Of a stretch of DNA of 64,000 bases, positions 41,806-54,950 are shown piece by piece. Origin of the DNA: the human T2T-CHM13v2.0 reference genome, Homo sapiens; the NCBI RefSeq assembly GCF_009914755.1, contig NC_060934.1; one strand, given 5' to 3'. Numbering within the stretch: the first letter of the stretch is position 1; every line of letters begins with the position of its first letter. The notes under the pieces were generated by a model. It made no database searches. It worked only from the letters and a program-made list of their open reading frames with translations, and was not told the DNA's origin. The position numbers and the translations under genes are program-made.

Positions 41806-43934
41806 TACTAAAAAATTTGTCCAGGATGACACTGTTAGTAAGAGCCTGAGCCAGAATATTAAACTAGGCTGTTTGATTCCTAAGTCTGAAATTTATATAC
41901 TGTGTCATAAAATTATACTTGCTGATAATAGGGTAGCATAAATAGATACTTTAGTTTATCCAGTGTAGAGGGAAATGGAGTTAGTAATTTGATAATTAGA
42001 AATGTTCTACTCCTTTGAGATGGTAACCAAAGGGAGTTGTTTATGAGATAACAATGTATATCACTGAACCCATGGTTTTTGTTTGTTTGTTTCATCAGTA
42101 ATTTGCTGAAGAGGCTCAACGATTCTAAGTGACCTCAAATTCCCTGGCCCACTAGACCAAGAGGAGACCCTTCAAGCTGCCTGTAATGCTTCACTCAGAG
42201 ATTCAATATTTCTCCCTGAGCAGCTTCAAGCAATCATTTTTATTTCACTCAAATTACTCTAATAATAAAATAAGTTCTTTTTGATAAATTTTGTATTAAT
42301 CTGTATACATGTCCTATAAACTGTATAAGTCTATGAAGATTAAAATATTGAAAGGTAATCGATTTAATTTGCATAACCACTGTCTTTTATTTGCATTTGT
42401 AAACTTTGCTGACTAGAGAGAACAGTATTCGGGAAACCAATAACACAATAAAATGGGCCACCAACCAACTTGACATAATGCACACACTCTACTGTGTACT
42501 TTGATTTGGGCTGCTTGACCAAAAAGATAATAAAATCATTCCTGTTCCCCTTTTTAAAAAACAGAAACATATTAAATAACGGTGGATAATAAAGATCACA
42601 GCCTAGATAATCAAATTCTACTATAAAGGAATGAATCAGTCACACATATACTTAAATATGAAGAAGCTAATGATGGACTTTTGGGGAAGCTTGACTTCTA
42701 CATAATACACAAAGAGTGAAGTGAGATTAATACAATTATCCCTACAGTCCTCTCTTCTAAACAAGGTAGTTCTTAAACAAAGGCCCAGAAGCTCCTTTTG
42801 CAGGCAACTCTGGAAGAAAACACATGTGATTTTACTACATTGCAGATATATCTGTTTCTACATGTCTATGTATCTATGTATGTATTTATCTACATATATC
42901 ATTTATTGATCCCTTAAACTATGCCAGATACTCTTTAGATCCCAGAAATATATTGATAAACAATACAGACTCAGATACCTGTCCTTATGGCAAGCATTTA
43001 TTGTTTTTGTTTTTTATCTGTATTAGCTTGACAGAAGATGCTTATATCAAGTCAATACATATTTTCTATATAATGCTTCATACAAATATATTATGCAAAG
43101 ACATATTCATGGGTTGTTTTTCAGTGTGAAAAATATCTTTTTTACTTTGATTTAAATAAAACCCACCCCAAATTTTAAATTTCAGGAATTTCTTTGCATA
43201 ATATGCATATTAACAGTGGGGAAGACACTTCCTCAACTACCTAAGGGCAACGTTACATGTGAATGTGATATGTTATTTCAGCGACACTGACGGTACAGAT
43301 CTATGCATCATCTCTGTTTCTCCAGGATATCCAGCGCACTTCACTTAGATGTCCTTGGTGCTCAACAGCTGCAACTTAAAAATCTGATACACTGATTCAT
43401 ACCTGGATGGCACTTCAGATCTGAAGTTCTAGCTTATCTTGATATTATAGAGAATAAAATTGATATCAAGAAATATGAATGCGTTATGATTACTTGGCTA
43501 ATTAAATTTACATAGAGAATGAGAACTAGAACCTAAGAACTAGAGAACTAGAACGTCCTGTATTCCAGCAGAAAACACTTTCCTTTAATAAAGACAGTAC
43601 CAATTATTAAGTACCCACCAAGCGTAAATGCTTTAGACATATATCTCACATGGTTGGCAAGCCAGGCAGGCACAATCAACATATTTCAAATAAGGAAATC
43701 AAAGAGACTTTCTGACCACTACATTGTTAATAAACAGGGATTCTAAGATTCAAAACTAGGTCTGTCTCCTACCAAATATTATGAATTTTCCACTACAGTG
43801 TCTTGCTTTCCTTGACACATTCCTTTTCATTGATGAATACTGCCAGAACACTAATTTTATTTAATTAGAAAAGAAAAAAAAATAGTCTTGCTGAAAAATA
43901 CAAAAACAAAAAACCAAGTTTCATATATATATAT

Positions 43935-44269
43935 TGTTTTTTTGTTTTGTTTTGTTTTGTTTTGTTTTGTTTTGAGATGGAGAATCACCCTGTCACCCAT
44001 GCTGGAGTGCAATGGCACGATCCTGGCTCACTACAACCTCTGCCTCCCAGGTTGAAATGATTCTCCTGCCTAGCCTCCCAAGTAGCTGAGATTACAAGCA
44101 CATGCCACCATGTCCAGTTATTTTTTTTAATTTTTTTTTTTTTTTTTTTTTGGTAGAGATGGGGTTTTACCATGTTGGCCAGGCTGGTCTTGAACTTCTG
44201 ATCTCATGATCCGCCCACCTCGGCCTCCCAAAATGCTGTGATTACAGGTATGAGCCACCACGCCTGGCC
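43935..44269 (-). mobile_element. Alu (AluSg/Sc-like) with (GTTTT)n tail
   Basis: GAGATGGAG ... CTCATGATCCGCCCACC ... CACGCCTGGCC. Confidence 0.95.
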
Positions 44270-44764
44270 CCTATCTTCTTACTTTTAAAAAGTGGTAAAA
44301 AGATCTTTTCAAACATCAAATCAAGTGTTCATATCTGACCTCTCAACAGAATCGTATTTCCTTATTAACTCAGAGAAGTACTCTAACCCAGAAGAACCAC
44401 AAATCCATTAAATGGTCTGCTGAATAACCTGAATGATCATCATGGGTTATCTTGGGCTCAAGGAATTGCCAGTTACAGATTCTAGCACTAAAAATAAAGA
44501 GATGAGTAGGTGAGAGGACCACTAATCACTACCTTAGGCAAGAAAGTGACATGACGGGCACATGTTTAAAGTCTTTCTTTTCTACAGAGAGATGAAATTA
44601 CCAAACACCATCCACTGGAATTTACCCAACTAAATTATTTAAAATACAAGTTCTTTAATAGTCATTTTCCTATATCCTGCATCAAAGTCTGAAAGGCAAG
44701 ATATTCCCTAGGCTTTGGTGAAAGATCAACTGGAGTTTATTTTTTTATCGTTTATACCTAATGT

Positions 44765-45920
<1,156 letters not shown>

Positions 45921-45951
45921 AGTCCTGCCCACTGCTCTGTTCTTCACCTCC

Positions 45952-46315
45952 TCTGGTCTGAATGTTTGTGTCCCTCTCAGATTCATAGGTTGAAACCTAG
46001 TCACCAAGGTGATCGTACTGGGGACCTGGAAGGCTTTGGGAGATGATGAGGCCCTGACGTCAGAGCACTCACGGTGGGATTGGTGCTTTTAAAAAAGAAG
46101 CCCCAGAGAGCTGTTATACCCCTTTTTACCATGTGAGGACAAAGGGGAAAGATAGCTGCCTACTAACCAGGAAATGGGCCCTCGCCAGAGACAAAGTCTG
46201 CCAGTGCCTTGATCTCAGACTTTCCCACATCCAGAACTAGCAGAAATAAAGTTCTGTTGTTTATAAGCTACTCAGTTGATAGTATGTTGTTCCAGCAACC
46301 TGAACAGACCAAGTC
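45952..46315 (+). mobile_element. MLT1A-type LTR
   Basis: TGGTCTGAATGTTTGTGTCCC ... AGAAATAAAGTTCTGTTGTTTATAAGC. Confidence 0.85.
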
Positions 46316-48277
46316 AACTTCCTTGCCACATCACAGGTTTTCTAAACATCAGCTCTCTCTTCCATATAATGAGAATTATAATGCCTACTACATAAAATAG
46401 CTGAAATGAGATAATTTCATTTTTTCAGCTATTTGTTTTAAAAGATTAAAACAAATTCTTAAAGCTGGCCCAGGTTGAACCTCTAGTTTAACAGGAACAT
46501 TGAGCTGATGGATGTCAACTCAAAAAAATGAGCTTCATGGAAAATGATCCAAGAGATGTGCTTTTTCATATAGATAGCACTAAAAATATAATAACATTAA
46601 GAGGATTCAAAGAAAAAAATTGGAGATGGCTCCTTTTGATAACCATTTCTCATAAATCATTGCCAATGAGAAACATCTGTTAACCTTCATCAAAAAAGTT
46701 TTATACACATCCACTCAATAAAATAAAATACACACACACGCAATGTACGTATGATATGTAATTTCCTATGAAACCAGACCAGAAAACGAGGGCTGGGGAA
46801 ATTGAATATCTTTGCTTTTGAAGACTTGGGCAATAACTATTTTTCTCCACCCTTAATGTATATGTAAATACTGAAAAAGTAACCTGTCTGTGTGTGTCTA
46901 TGTTGGGTACAATGTAGAGTAAAATATGTTAGGATACTCAAATTCTTAGCAATCACCACCTCTATATTTACTGCATTATTCTAGAATTCTGTGCCAGCCA
47001 GTCTCTAAGTTGTAACCCCAATAAGCTCCATTATACTTATAAGCAACCATGGATAGGCAAGGAGGGTAGAAGTTATTTGAAACAGTTCTTAATTGGTGTT
47101 ACTTGTTAGCCAAATATATACTCTTCTCACTCTTCCAAGAAATAAACTAGATGAAAGAGATTGAATGCACAATTCATATTTTACAGCATAAATAATATCA
47201 TTCATAAGTTATTTGCTTCATAGTCAGACAACTACATGCTTCTTTCGAAAATCCTCCTTTAAAGTCAGAAACTTTGAGTTAGTCAAAGCAGAAAGTTATT
47301 CAATCAGTTCAATAATATTTAAATTCAAATTGGAGGATTAATTATAGTGGCTACAACATGAAAACTCAACTAGGTAAGGTAGGAAGTGAGGGCAAAACCT
47401 TCAGTATCCAAAGGAAAATAATTTTTACTTCATTTATTTGATTACTCCAGAGTTAACTGCTATAAAATCACAGCCCATGTAATGAAGGCTGAATATTAGG
47501 GGGAATCCTGGGCACATTCTTATGAAATAAACTTCAGTACTAAATGCCTTATCATGGTTTGGCATAATGAAATCTATATCTGCATACCAAGAATATTCAT
47601 AAAATGCAAACTATTAATTTTGAATGTCCATGACTGTTATTATTAAAGATCTAGAAACAAGTACAACATGATAATGTGTACCTCTCCTGGAAAGTTTCTG
47701 GAAATTAAATGTCATATACAAACATCGTGAAAACTACTAAGCTGGATAACCATCGCATCTGACAAACAATAAAATTCTCAGTTTCTTAACTGAGTTTCCA
47801 ATTTTTATTTCATTTTATTTTTATCCATCCTTACTTTTTATGGTCTCTTGCCTGCTTTATGACAATCTGGAGACCTTTTCACATTTGAAAATAAATGGTC
47901 TTGAGTCTTGAGCTACTGCCATCCAAGCTGCTGCCTTATTTTGAGGGCAAGTTAATTTCTAAGTTTAGCTTAAACAACAACAACAAAAAAAACTCCCTCA
48001 AATTCCGAACATATAGAATTTTCTAGAAACCCTAAAACTTTCCTGGGAAAGAGCCCAAATTATCAACGTTCACTTTTAACTATCTGCTTTGTTCCCAGCA
48101 GAATCCCAGCCTCAAACTCCAGTGCCAGCCTCCTGTAATGTAGTAATTTCTTCCCTCCCTCCGTAAAGGAAAGGCTAAGAGTTTTATTTTTCTTCTTGCA
48201 ATAGGGGCGTGATGGGGGCATGGATGGAGGGTGTAGTTGTACTGGGATATCTGACCTACCTAGGACTGCTCACAGTG

Positions 48278-48304
48278 CACACACACACACACACACACAC
48301 ACAC
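48278..48304. repeat. (CA)n microsatellite
   Basis: Read directly from the sequence. Confidence 0.95.
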
Positions 48305-48378
48305 CCCTCCCTACACTGGGTCTTTTAGAAGATGCTGGAGTGCTGGAGTGCCCCGTCCGGAAATACACAGACAAGTTC

Positions 48379-48399
48379 TAAACTAACTAACTAACTAAC

Positions 48400-48438
<39 letters not shown>

Positions 48439-48440
48439 AA
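48379..48440. repeat. (TAAC)n(TAAA)n compound tetranucleotide repeat
   Basis: Read directly from the sequence. Confidence 0.95.
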
Positions 48441-48619
48441 ACAAAAAACTCCACAAGGAATACACTAAGGGCATGTATTGCAGATTACCTGTAAATTTAA
48501 ACTTTTTAATGGTCGAACCCCAGATATTATATTTTAACCCCTTCCCCTTTTGGTCTGATCTTCAGCTTCACACATGGTGGCCAAGGAGTCGGGAAATAAG
48601 AGATTTGGAGAAAACTATT

Positions 48620-49425
48620 CAGCTGTCGGGTGTGTAGCATGAAGCAGTGAAGCCAGATCGCTCAGCAGATGAGGGAAGGTGCGCAGCACTTCCCAGTCCA
48701 GAAGCCCCACCCGCCCCCACATTCCAACAGACCAACCAACGGGCTTTGGAACGTTCCCCTTGTACCCAGCCACGTGGGAACCTCACAACTCCTGCTGTGC
48801 GGGCCAGACCATTGGACAGTTGCTGATTCTGTGCGAAGTGGCCTCCTCTCCTGCACCTGGTCGCGGTGGCGCGCCCCCATCTCCCGCTGAAACCCAGAAC
48901 TTTCGGTTCAGCAGGGCTGGGAAGCAGCCGCCGGCGCCCACTTTTCCCACCGCGGGGGCGGAGAACAGCAGAGAGGGGTCCCAGACCGAAGGTGGCAGCG
49001 CGTGGCTCTGCGCTGGCGGCTGTGGGGGGCAGGCGCTCAGGACCCCAATTCCCTCCAAGTTGGGCCGCGGTGGGGGCGGGTGGAGGTGGCGCCGGGCAGC
49101 TGGCGGCCGCTCGCTGGGGCTGGGTTTGTGCCGAGCGCGAGTCTGGAAGGAGCGAGCCGCAGCCGCGCGGGGGTGGAGCCGAACTGAAGTCACTGGCTGA
49201 GCAGGCACGGGCGCTGGCGGGCACGCGGGAAGGAGGGCGGCCGATGCCAGGTCTCCGGGCGCTGGAGGCGCCGCCGGCGACCCCCCCTAGGCCTCGCAGG
49301 CGCTGCCTCCGCCTATCCCCGCTGACCACTCTGCGCCCCCGCAGCCGCGGGTCTCCCTGCCTAGTCCGCGCACCCTGCCCGCGGGGGCGGTCGACCCGGG
49401 CTCCTGGAGGGTGGATATGTCGGAG
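48620..49425. promoter_or_regulatory. CpG island / probable promoter or first exon of an unidentified transcript
   Basis: Only GC- and CpG-dense unique stretch in the window. GC boxes at 48955, 49072 and 49383; E-box CACGTG at 48771; CCAAT at 48811 (-) and 49045 (+); CTCF-like site at 48982-49000. Confidence 0.85.
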
Positions 49426-50529
49426 TTGGGAAGGGGCTTTTCTTTGCCATCTGATTCCCAATGACTGGACACCTCTACCTGGCTTTTCACTCAGGCTCCG
49501 TGTTCTGGCCTGTGGGAAACCCTAGAAAGGTAGCCCTCAAAAATAATGTTGGATCCTTTGGGCCTATGTACACACAACATGCTCAAAAGATGATCTGAGG
49601 CAACAATTATCACTCTCTATGATCGATGAGGTTACAGCTGGTTAGTGGTGAAATCGGGTTCAAAACCAGTCTGATACATGATTATTTTACACTACTTCTC
49701 TTAACTTATAATAGTTACATGTATTGCAGCTATTTTGAATTGGAATAGCAATTTATTTGATCAAATCTTCAAACTAAGAATGCTATGCTAGTTTATGCTA
49801 AAGGAAAAATATCCATATTCTCAGTTGAACATTTTCCATTTTGAGGAGACATTGTTTTAGAATACAGCATAGTCTCTCTTCCTTTAATGCTTCTGTATTC
49901 ATTCAGGTAAATATTACCCTCAGTTTTCTTCCTTCTCATTTTTAGGTTTTCCGCTTCCTTGATGGTTTCATGACTAGCAAAAACATGTCTCACCATTAGA
50001 ACAGTGACTTATTAGCTCTCAAAATGCTACACCTCTTGATACCATTTGAGAAGGTATCTTCTATTTTAGATTGTTTTTGTAAAGAAACGAGAGAAAACTA
50101 GAGGAAGAGCAAAGATGCTGGTTCTTTTCACACCCTACCCAGGGAATGATGATACTGTCCTTTAAAATATTGCCACGCATCAACAAATTCTGGAAGGGGC
50201 CTGAAACCAATCATTGTAGCTCTGCTTAAATTCCAAACTACAGTGGCTTAAGAAGAGGGCTTAAGTTCTCCAATTTTATAAATATTTGACTAAGATCTTT
50301 AATCAATTTACAAGGAAGTTATAAAAGGTAAAACCACTTTATGAACAGCTTGAAAATAAAACATTACTTTCACACATTATATAACTCATCACAGTGTTAA
50401 ATAGGTTCTGCACTTTTTTTTCCAAATTAGTAAATGTTACAGGTGCTCTGAAAGATAGGCGGGAAGAAGGAATTACCTGCATTCTTATAAGAAAATAAAA
50501 TGCAAACAAACAAAACTCACAAAAAAACA

Positions 50530-50895
50530 AGCGTTTATATTTGTGTATACTAACCAATGTATACAGATACCTGTAAATCATTTTATATGTACCTGTATTT
50601 ATATTATGCCACATGTGTGTTTATTAGGATGTCTCCAATTGTAATCCATAACCATATGTACTTTTCTAGTCTGCTTTCTTACTTATTGGTAATTCAAACC
50701 CCAACAGTGAGAAACCTGCAAACCATCATTTATCACTCATTTACTCATCTGTTTAATGCTGGTCTCCATGAATAGCTGTACCAAATTGTTAACTTGTAAC
50801 CCCATGTGAAGTAACCTTACCAACTAGATTACAGGGTTTAAGTGCAATTCCTTTTTCCTTTAGTATAATAGGCTCCATTCATTTCCAAAAGTTAT
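50530..50895 (-). mobile_element. Old L1M (L1MC/MD-like) 3' UTR fragment
   Basis: CCCCAACAGTGAGAAACCTG ... ACCAACTAGATTACAG resembles the L1MD/MC 3' UTR. Confidence 0.55.
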
Positions 50896-50899
50896 AGAT

Positions 50900-51002
50900 T
50901 TTATATGTATATATATATATGTGTGTTTGTATACACACACATACATACATAATGTCAAGGATATATATGTATATATATATACACACACACACATACATAT
51001 AC
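50900..51002. repeat. (TA)n/(CA)n compound repeat
   Basis: Read directly from the sequence. Confidence 0.85.
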
Positions 51003-52440
51003 TACATCCTTAACATAAACTTTTGTAAAGGAAATAAACTGCGTAAAATATAGACTACATATATTGTAAATTCAAATTCATGTGTTAATATCTTTAGCAT
51101 TTTTATACATTTCACAATTTTAGCTATAAAGCCTCTCCTTTCAGTTGATCCATTTGGATTTATGTTTATCACTGGCTTAGTAGCAGAGACCCAGATCAGA
51201 TAATGGAAATAACTTCAACCATGGTATTTTCTCACATTGCCAACTCAATGTGAGAGGACTTCGCTCCAGGTTTTAGATTTTCAGGGATCTCTTAACTTCA
51301 GTTAAAGTTAAACACAACAAATTGAACATTTGTTACCTACCATGCTAAATATTTCAAAGAATTAGGGTATGAATGAGCAAGAATAATTTCTGCTGTTATA
51401 GTACCAACAATCTACTGGTATGTGTGGTTCCCATACACATCAAAATGTGACATGTTCCAATATTTTAAACAAAATATTTGAAGAGCTAATAGGAAAGGGA
51501 GAAAAAAAGTCGTTTGAGAAATCATAAAAAGCACAATGATATAGGTATTGTTAGAAAGATAAACATCAAAACCTGGGTTGCTTTCATTTCTAAAAGATAA
51601 TGACAGAAAGAAAATGAGTTATAATTGTATTTAATAGCATGATATATCTGAGAAACAATTAGACTACTTCAGTTTAATTGAGTATACATAAAAAAAAGAA
51701 ATAGGCTCAGAAACTTATTAACATTTTTGGGTAATTGGAAAGTGCCTATAAATAAATTATTAGGCAAAACATTAGTCTTGTAATCCATACGACAATGATT
51801 AATATACAAGCAGATAAGACTGTTATACATAAAGCAACCTCTATATCATAGGATCCCACAACACAAACTATGAGTTCAGTGCTCTAGCTACATATTGATG
51901 CCATTAAAAATTCTACAGAGGAAGGAAACAGAATTTTATTAGTTTGCAAAAATAATGTTATAGACCTAGAATCAATAAGTTGCATGCTCAGGCATTTGTA
52001 GGAGTGAGAATTACGCTGTTATGGTTGCCTGAGATCAGAATTATACTTGGTAACTATACAGAGTTTGAAACTGGTAAGCCTAAGTGGCAATGGAACTGGC
52101 CACCAGGGCATCATCTTCTGAGATTCACACTCTACTAACCACCAGGATACACAACAAACTCAAATATGTGGAAACCCACAGAAATTATTTTCTCCATCAT
52201 TTGATCTCTGTTATTTGCATAGTAAAGGTAATATCTTTGAGGCCTGAGAGCCAATACATGACATTGGCTGCACAATATCTGCTTAGAGCTGATTTGCAAT
52301 GGACTTTTCTTTGAGAATAAATGTGTCAGTTTTGCAGTGATTGGCACAGAGTAAATGATCAGTAAATGAGAACTTAAAATTGTCCTCTGTTCACTATTTC
52401 ACCCTTCTTACCATGGACCATGCTGTCTTTTTCCCTTATA

Positions 52441-54950
52441 TCAGGGGGTCAGCAAACTACAACACTGGACCAGTATGTCCTATTACTTGTTTTTGTAAAT
52501 AAACACAGTTTATTGTAACACAACTGTGTTCATTCATTAATGCATCACCTATGGTTACTTTTGTGCTACAATGGCAGAGTTAAGTGGTTGTGATGATAAC
52601 TGAATGGTCTACTAGTCCATTCTCACACTGCTAATAAAGACATACAGAAAAATGGGTACTTATGAAGGAAAGAGGTTTTATTGACTCACAGTTCAGCATG
52701 CCTGGGGGAGTCTCAGGAAACTTACAAACATAGCAGAAGGGGAACCAGAAATGTCCTTCTTCATATGGTGGCAGCAAGGGGAAGTGGCAAGCAAAAGGGG
52801 GAAAAGCCTCTTATAAAACCATCAGATCTTGTGAGAGCTGACTCACTATCATGAGAACAGTAGCATGGGGTAACCACCCTCATGATTCAATTACAGCCCA
52901 TCTGATTCCTCTCACAACATGTGAGGATTACGGGAAGTACAATTCTAGATGAGATTTGGGTAGGGACACAGTCAAACCATATCGCCCTCCTAAATCTCAT
53001 GTCCTTGTATTTGAAAACTAATCATGCCTTCCCATAAGTACCCCCAAAGTCTTAACTCATTTCAGCATTAACTCAAAAGTCCACAGTCCTATGTCTCATC
53101 TGAGACAAGGCAAGTCCATTCTTCCTGTGAGACTGTAAAATCAAAAGCAAGTTAGTTACTTCCTAGATACAATGGAAATATAGACATTGGGTAAATATAG
53201 CTGTTCCACGTGGGAGAAATTGGCCAAAACAAACTGGCTACAGGCCCCATGCAAGTCTGAAATCTAGCAGTGTAGTCAAACCGTAAAGCTCCAAAATGAT
53301 CTCCTTTGACTCTATGTCTCACATCCAGGTCATGCTAATGCCAAAGGTGGGTTCCCATGGCCTTGGGCAGCTCCACCTCTGTGGCTTTGCAGGGTATAGC
53401 CCCCCTACTGCTGCTTTCATAGACTGGCATTGAGTGTCTGTGGCTTTTCCAGGCACATTGTGCAAGCTGTCAGTGGATCTCCCATTCTGGGGTCTGGAGA
53501 ACGGTGGCCCTCTTCTCAAAGCTCCACTAGGCAATACCCAAATGGGGACTCTGTGTGGGACCCTTGACTTCACATTTCCTTTCTGCACTGCCCTAGCAGA
53601 ATTTCTCCATGAGTGCCCCACCCCTGCAGCAAACTTCTGCCTTGACATCCAGCCATTTCCATACATCTTCTGAAACCTAGGCGGAGGTTCCCAAATGACA
53701 ATTCTTGACTTCTGTGTACTCACAGGCTTAACACCACGTGGAAGCTGCCAAAGCTTCGGGCTTGCACCCTCTGAAGCAATGGCCTGAGCTGTATGTTGGC
53801 TGCTTTTAGCCACAGCTGGAGTGGCTGGGACACAGGGCACCAAGTTCCAAGGCAAGGGGGCCCCTGGGCCTGGGCCTGCAAAACCATTTTTCCCTCCTAG
53901 GCCTCTTGGCCTGTGATGGGAGGCCCTGCTTTTTAAAGGACTCTGACTTGCCCAGGAGACATTTTTCCCATTGTCTTAGTGATTAACATTTGGCTCCTTG
54001 CTGCTTATGCAGACTTGTGCAGCTAATTTGAATTTCTCTCCAGAAAATGGGATTTTCTTTTCTATTGCATAGTAAGGCTGGAAATTTTCCAGACTTTTGT
54101 TTTGCTGCCTCTTGAATGCTTCACTGCTTAGAAATTTCTTCCCCCAGATACCCTAAATAATTTATCTTAAATTCAACATTCCACAGATCTCTAGGGCAGG
54201 GCCAAAATGCTGCCAATCTCTTTGAATAGCAACAGTAACCTTTACGCCAATTTCCAAGAAGTTCCCCATCTCCATCTGAGACCACCTCAGCCTGGACCTT
54301 ATTGCACTATCAGCATTTTGGTCAAAACCATTCAACAAGTATCTAGGAAGTTCCAAACTTTTCTACATCTTCTGGTCTTCTGAGTTCTCTAAGTCTATAA
54401 GAAGTTCCAAATGTTCTCACATTTTCCTATCTTCTTCTGACCCCTGCAAACTGTCCTAACCTCTGCCTGTTATCCAGTTCCAAAGTCGCTTCCACATTTT
54501 CAGGTATCTTTACAGCAGCACCCCCTTACCCAGTACCAATTTACTGTATTAGCTTGTTCTCATGCTGCTAATAAAGACATACCTGAGACTGGGTAATTTA
54601 TAAAGGAAAGAGGTTTAATCGACTCACAGTTCGGCATGTCTGGGAAGGCCGGGGGAAGCAAACGTGTCCTTCTTGACATGGCAGCAGCAAGAAGAAGTGC
54701 TAAGCAAAAGGGGGAATATCCCCTTATAAAACCATCAAATCTTGTGAGAACTCACTATCTTGAGAAGAGCAGCATGGGGTAACCACCACCATGATTCAAT
54801 TACCTCCCTCCAGGTCCTTCCCACAACACATGGGAATAATGGGAACTACAGTTCTAGATGATATTTGGGTGGGAACACAGCCAAACCATGTCATCTACAA
54901 AGCCTAAAATATTTACTATCTGGTATTTTTTTTTAAGTTTGCTGACCTTT
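52441..54950 (+). mobile_element. MER58A-like hAT element, split by THE1D (parts at 52441-52612 and 54894-54950)
   Basis: TIR CAGGGGGTCAGCAAACT ... AGTTTGCTGACC; sequence is continuous across the insertion (ATGGTCTAC|AAAGCCTAAAATATTTACTATCTGG). Confidence 0.85.
52613..54893 (-). mobile_element. THE1D-like MaLR provirus: 3' LTR 52613-52984, internal 52985-54544, 5' LTR 54545-54893
   Basis: Two homologous LTRs; about 1.55 kb internal region; AATTGGTAC next to the 5' LTR; TSD TCTAC at 52608-52612 and 54894-54898. Confidence 0.95.

Noticed and set aside
48619-49525. Long overlapping ORFs (280, 219, 173 and 141 aa) across the CpG island
   Set aside because: They are open on both strands, Arg/Gly/Pro/Ala-rich and have no recognisable domain. 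This is expected from stop-codon scarcity in GC-rich DNA.
51980-52080. Possible plus-strand exon ending CTG|GTAAGC (also the acceptor-like site at about 57263-57279)
   Set aside because: Isolated splice-like signals are common, and there is no convincing partner site or reading frame.
54340-54445. Approximately 55-bp tandem duplication (GAAGTTCCAAA...TCTTCTGA twice)
   Set aside because: I recall this as a feature of THE1D internal consensus sequence rather than locus-specific. Not verified.
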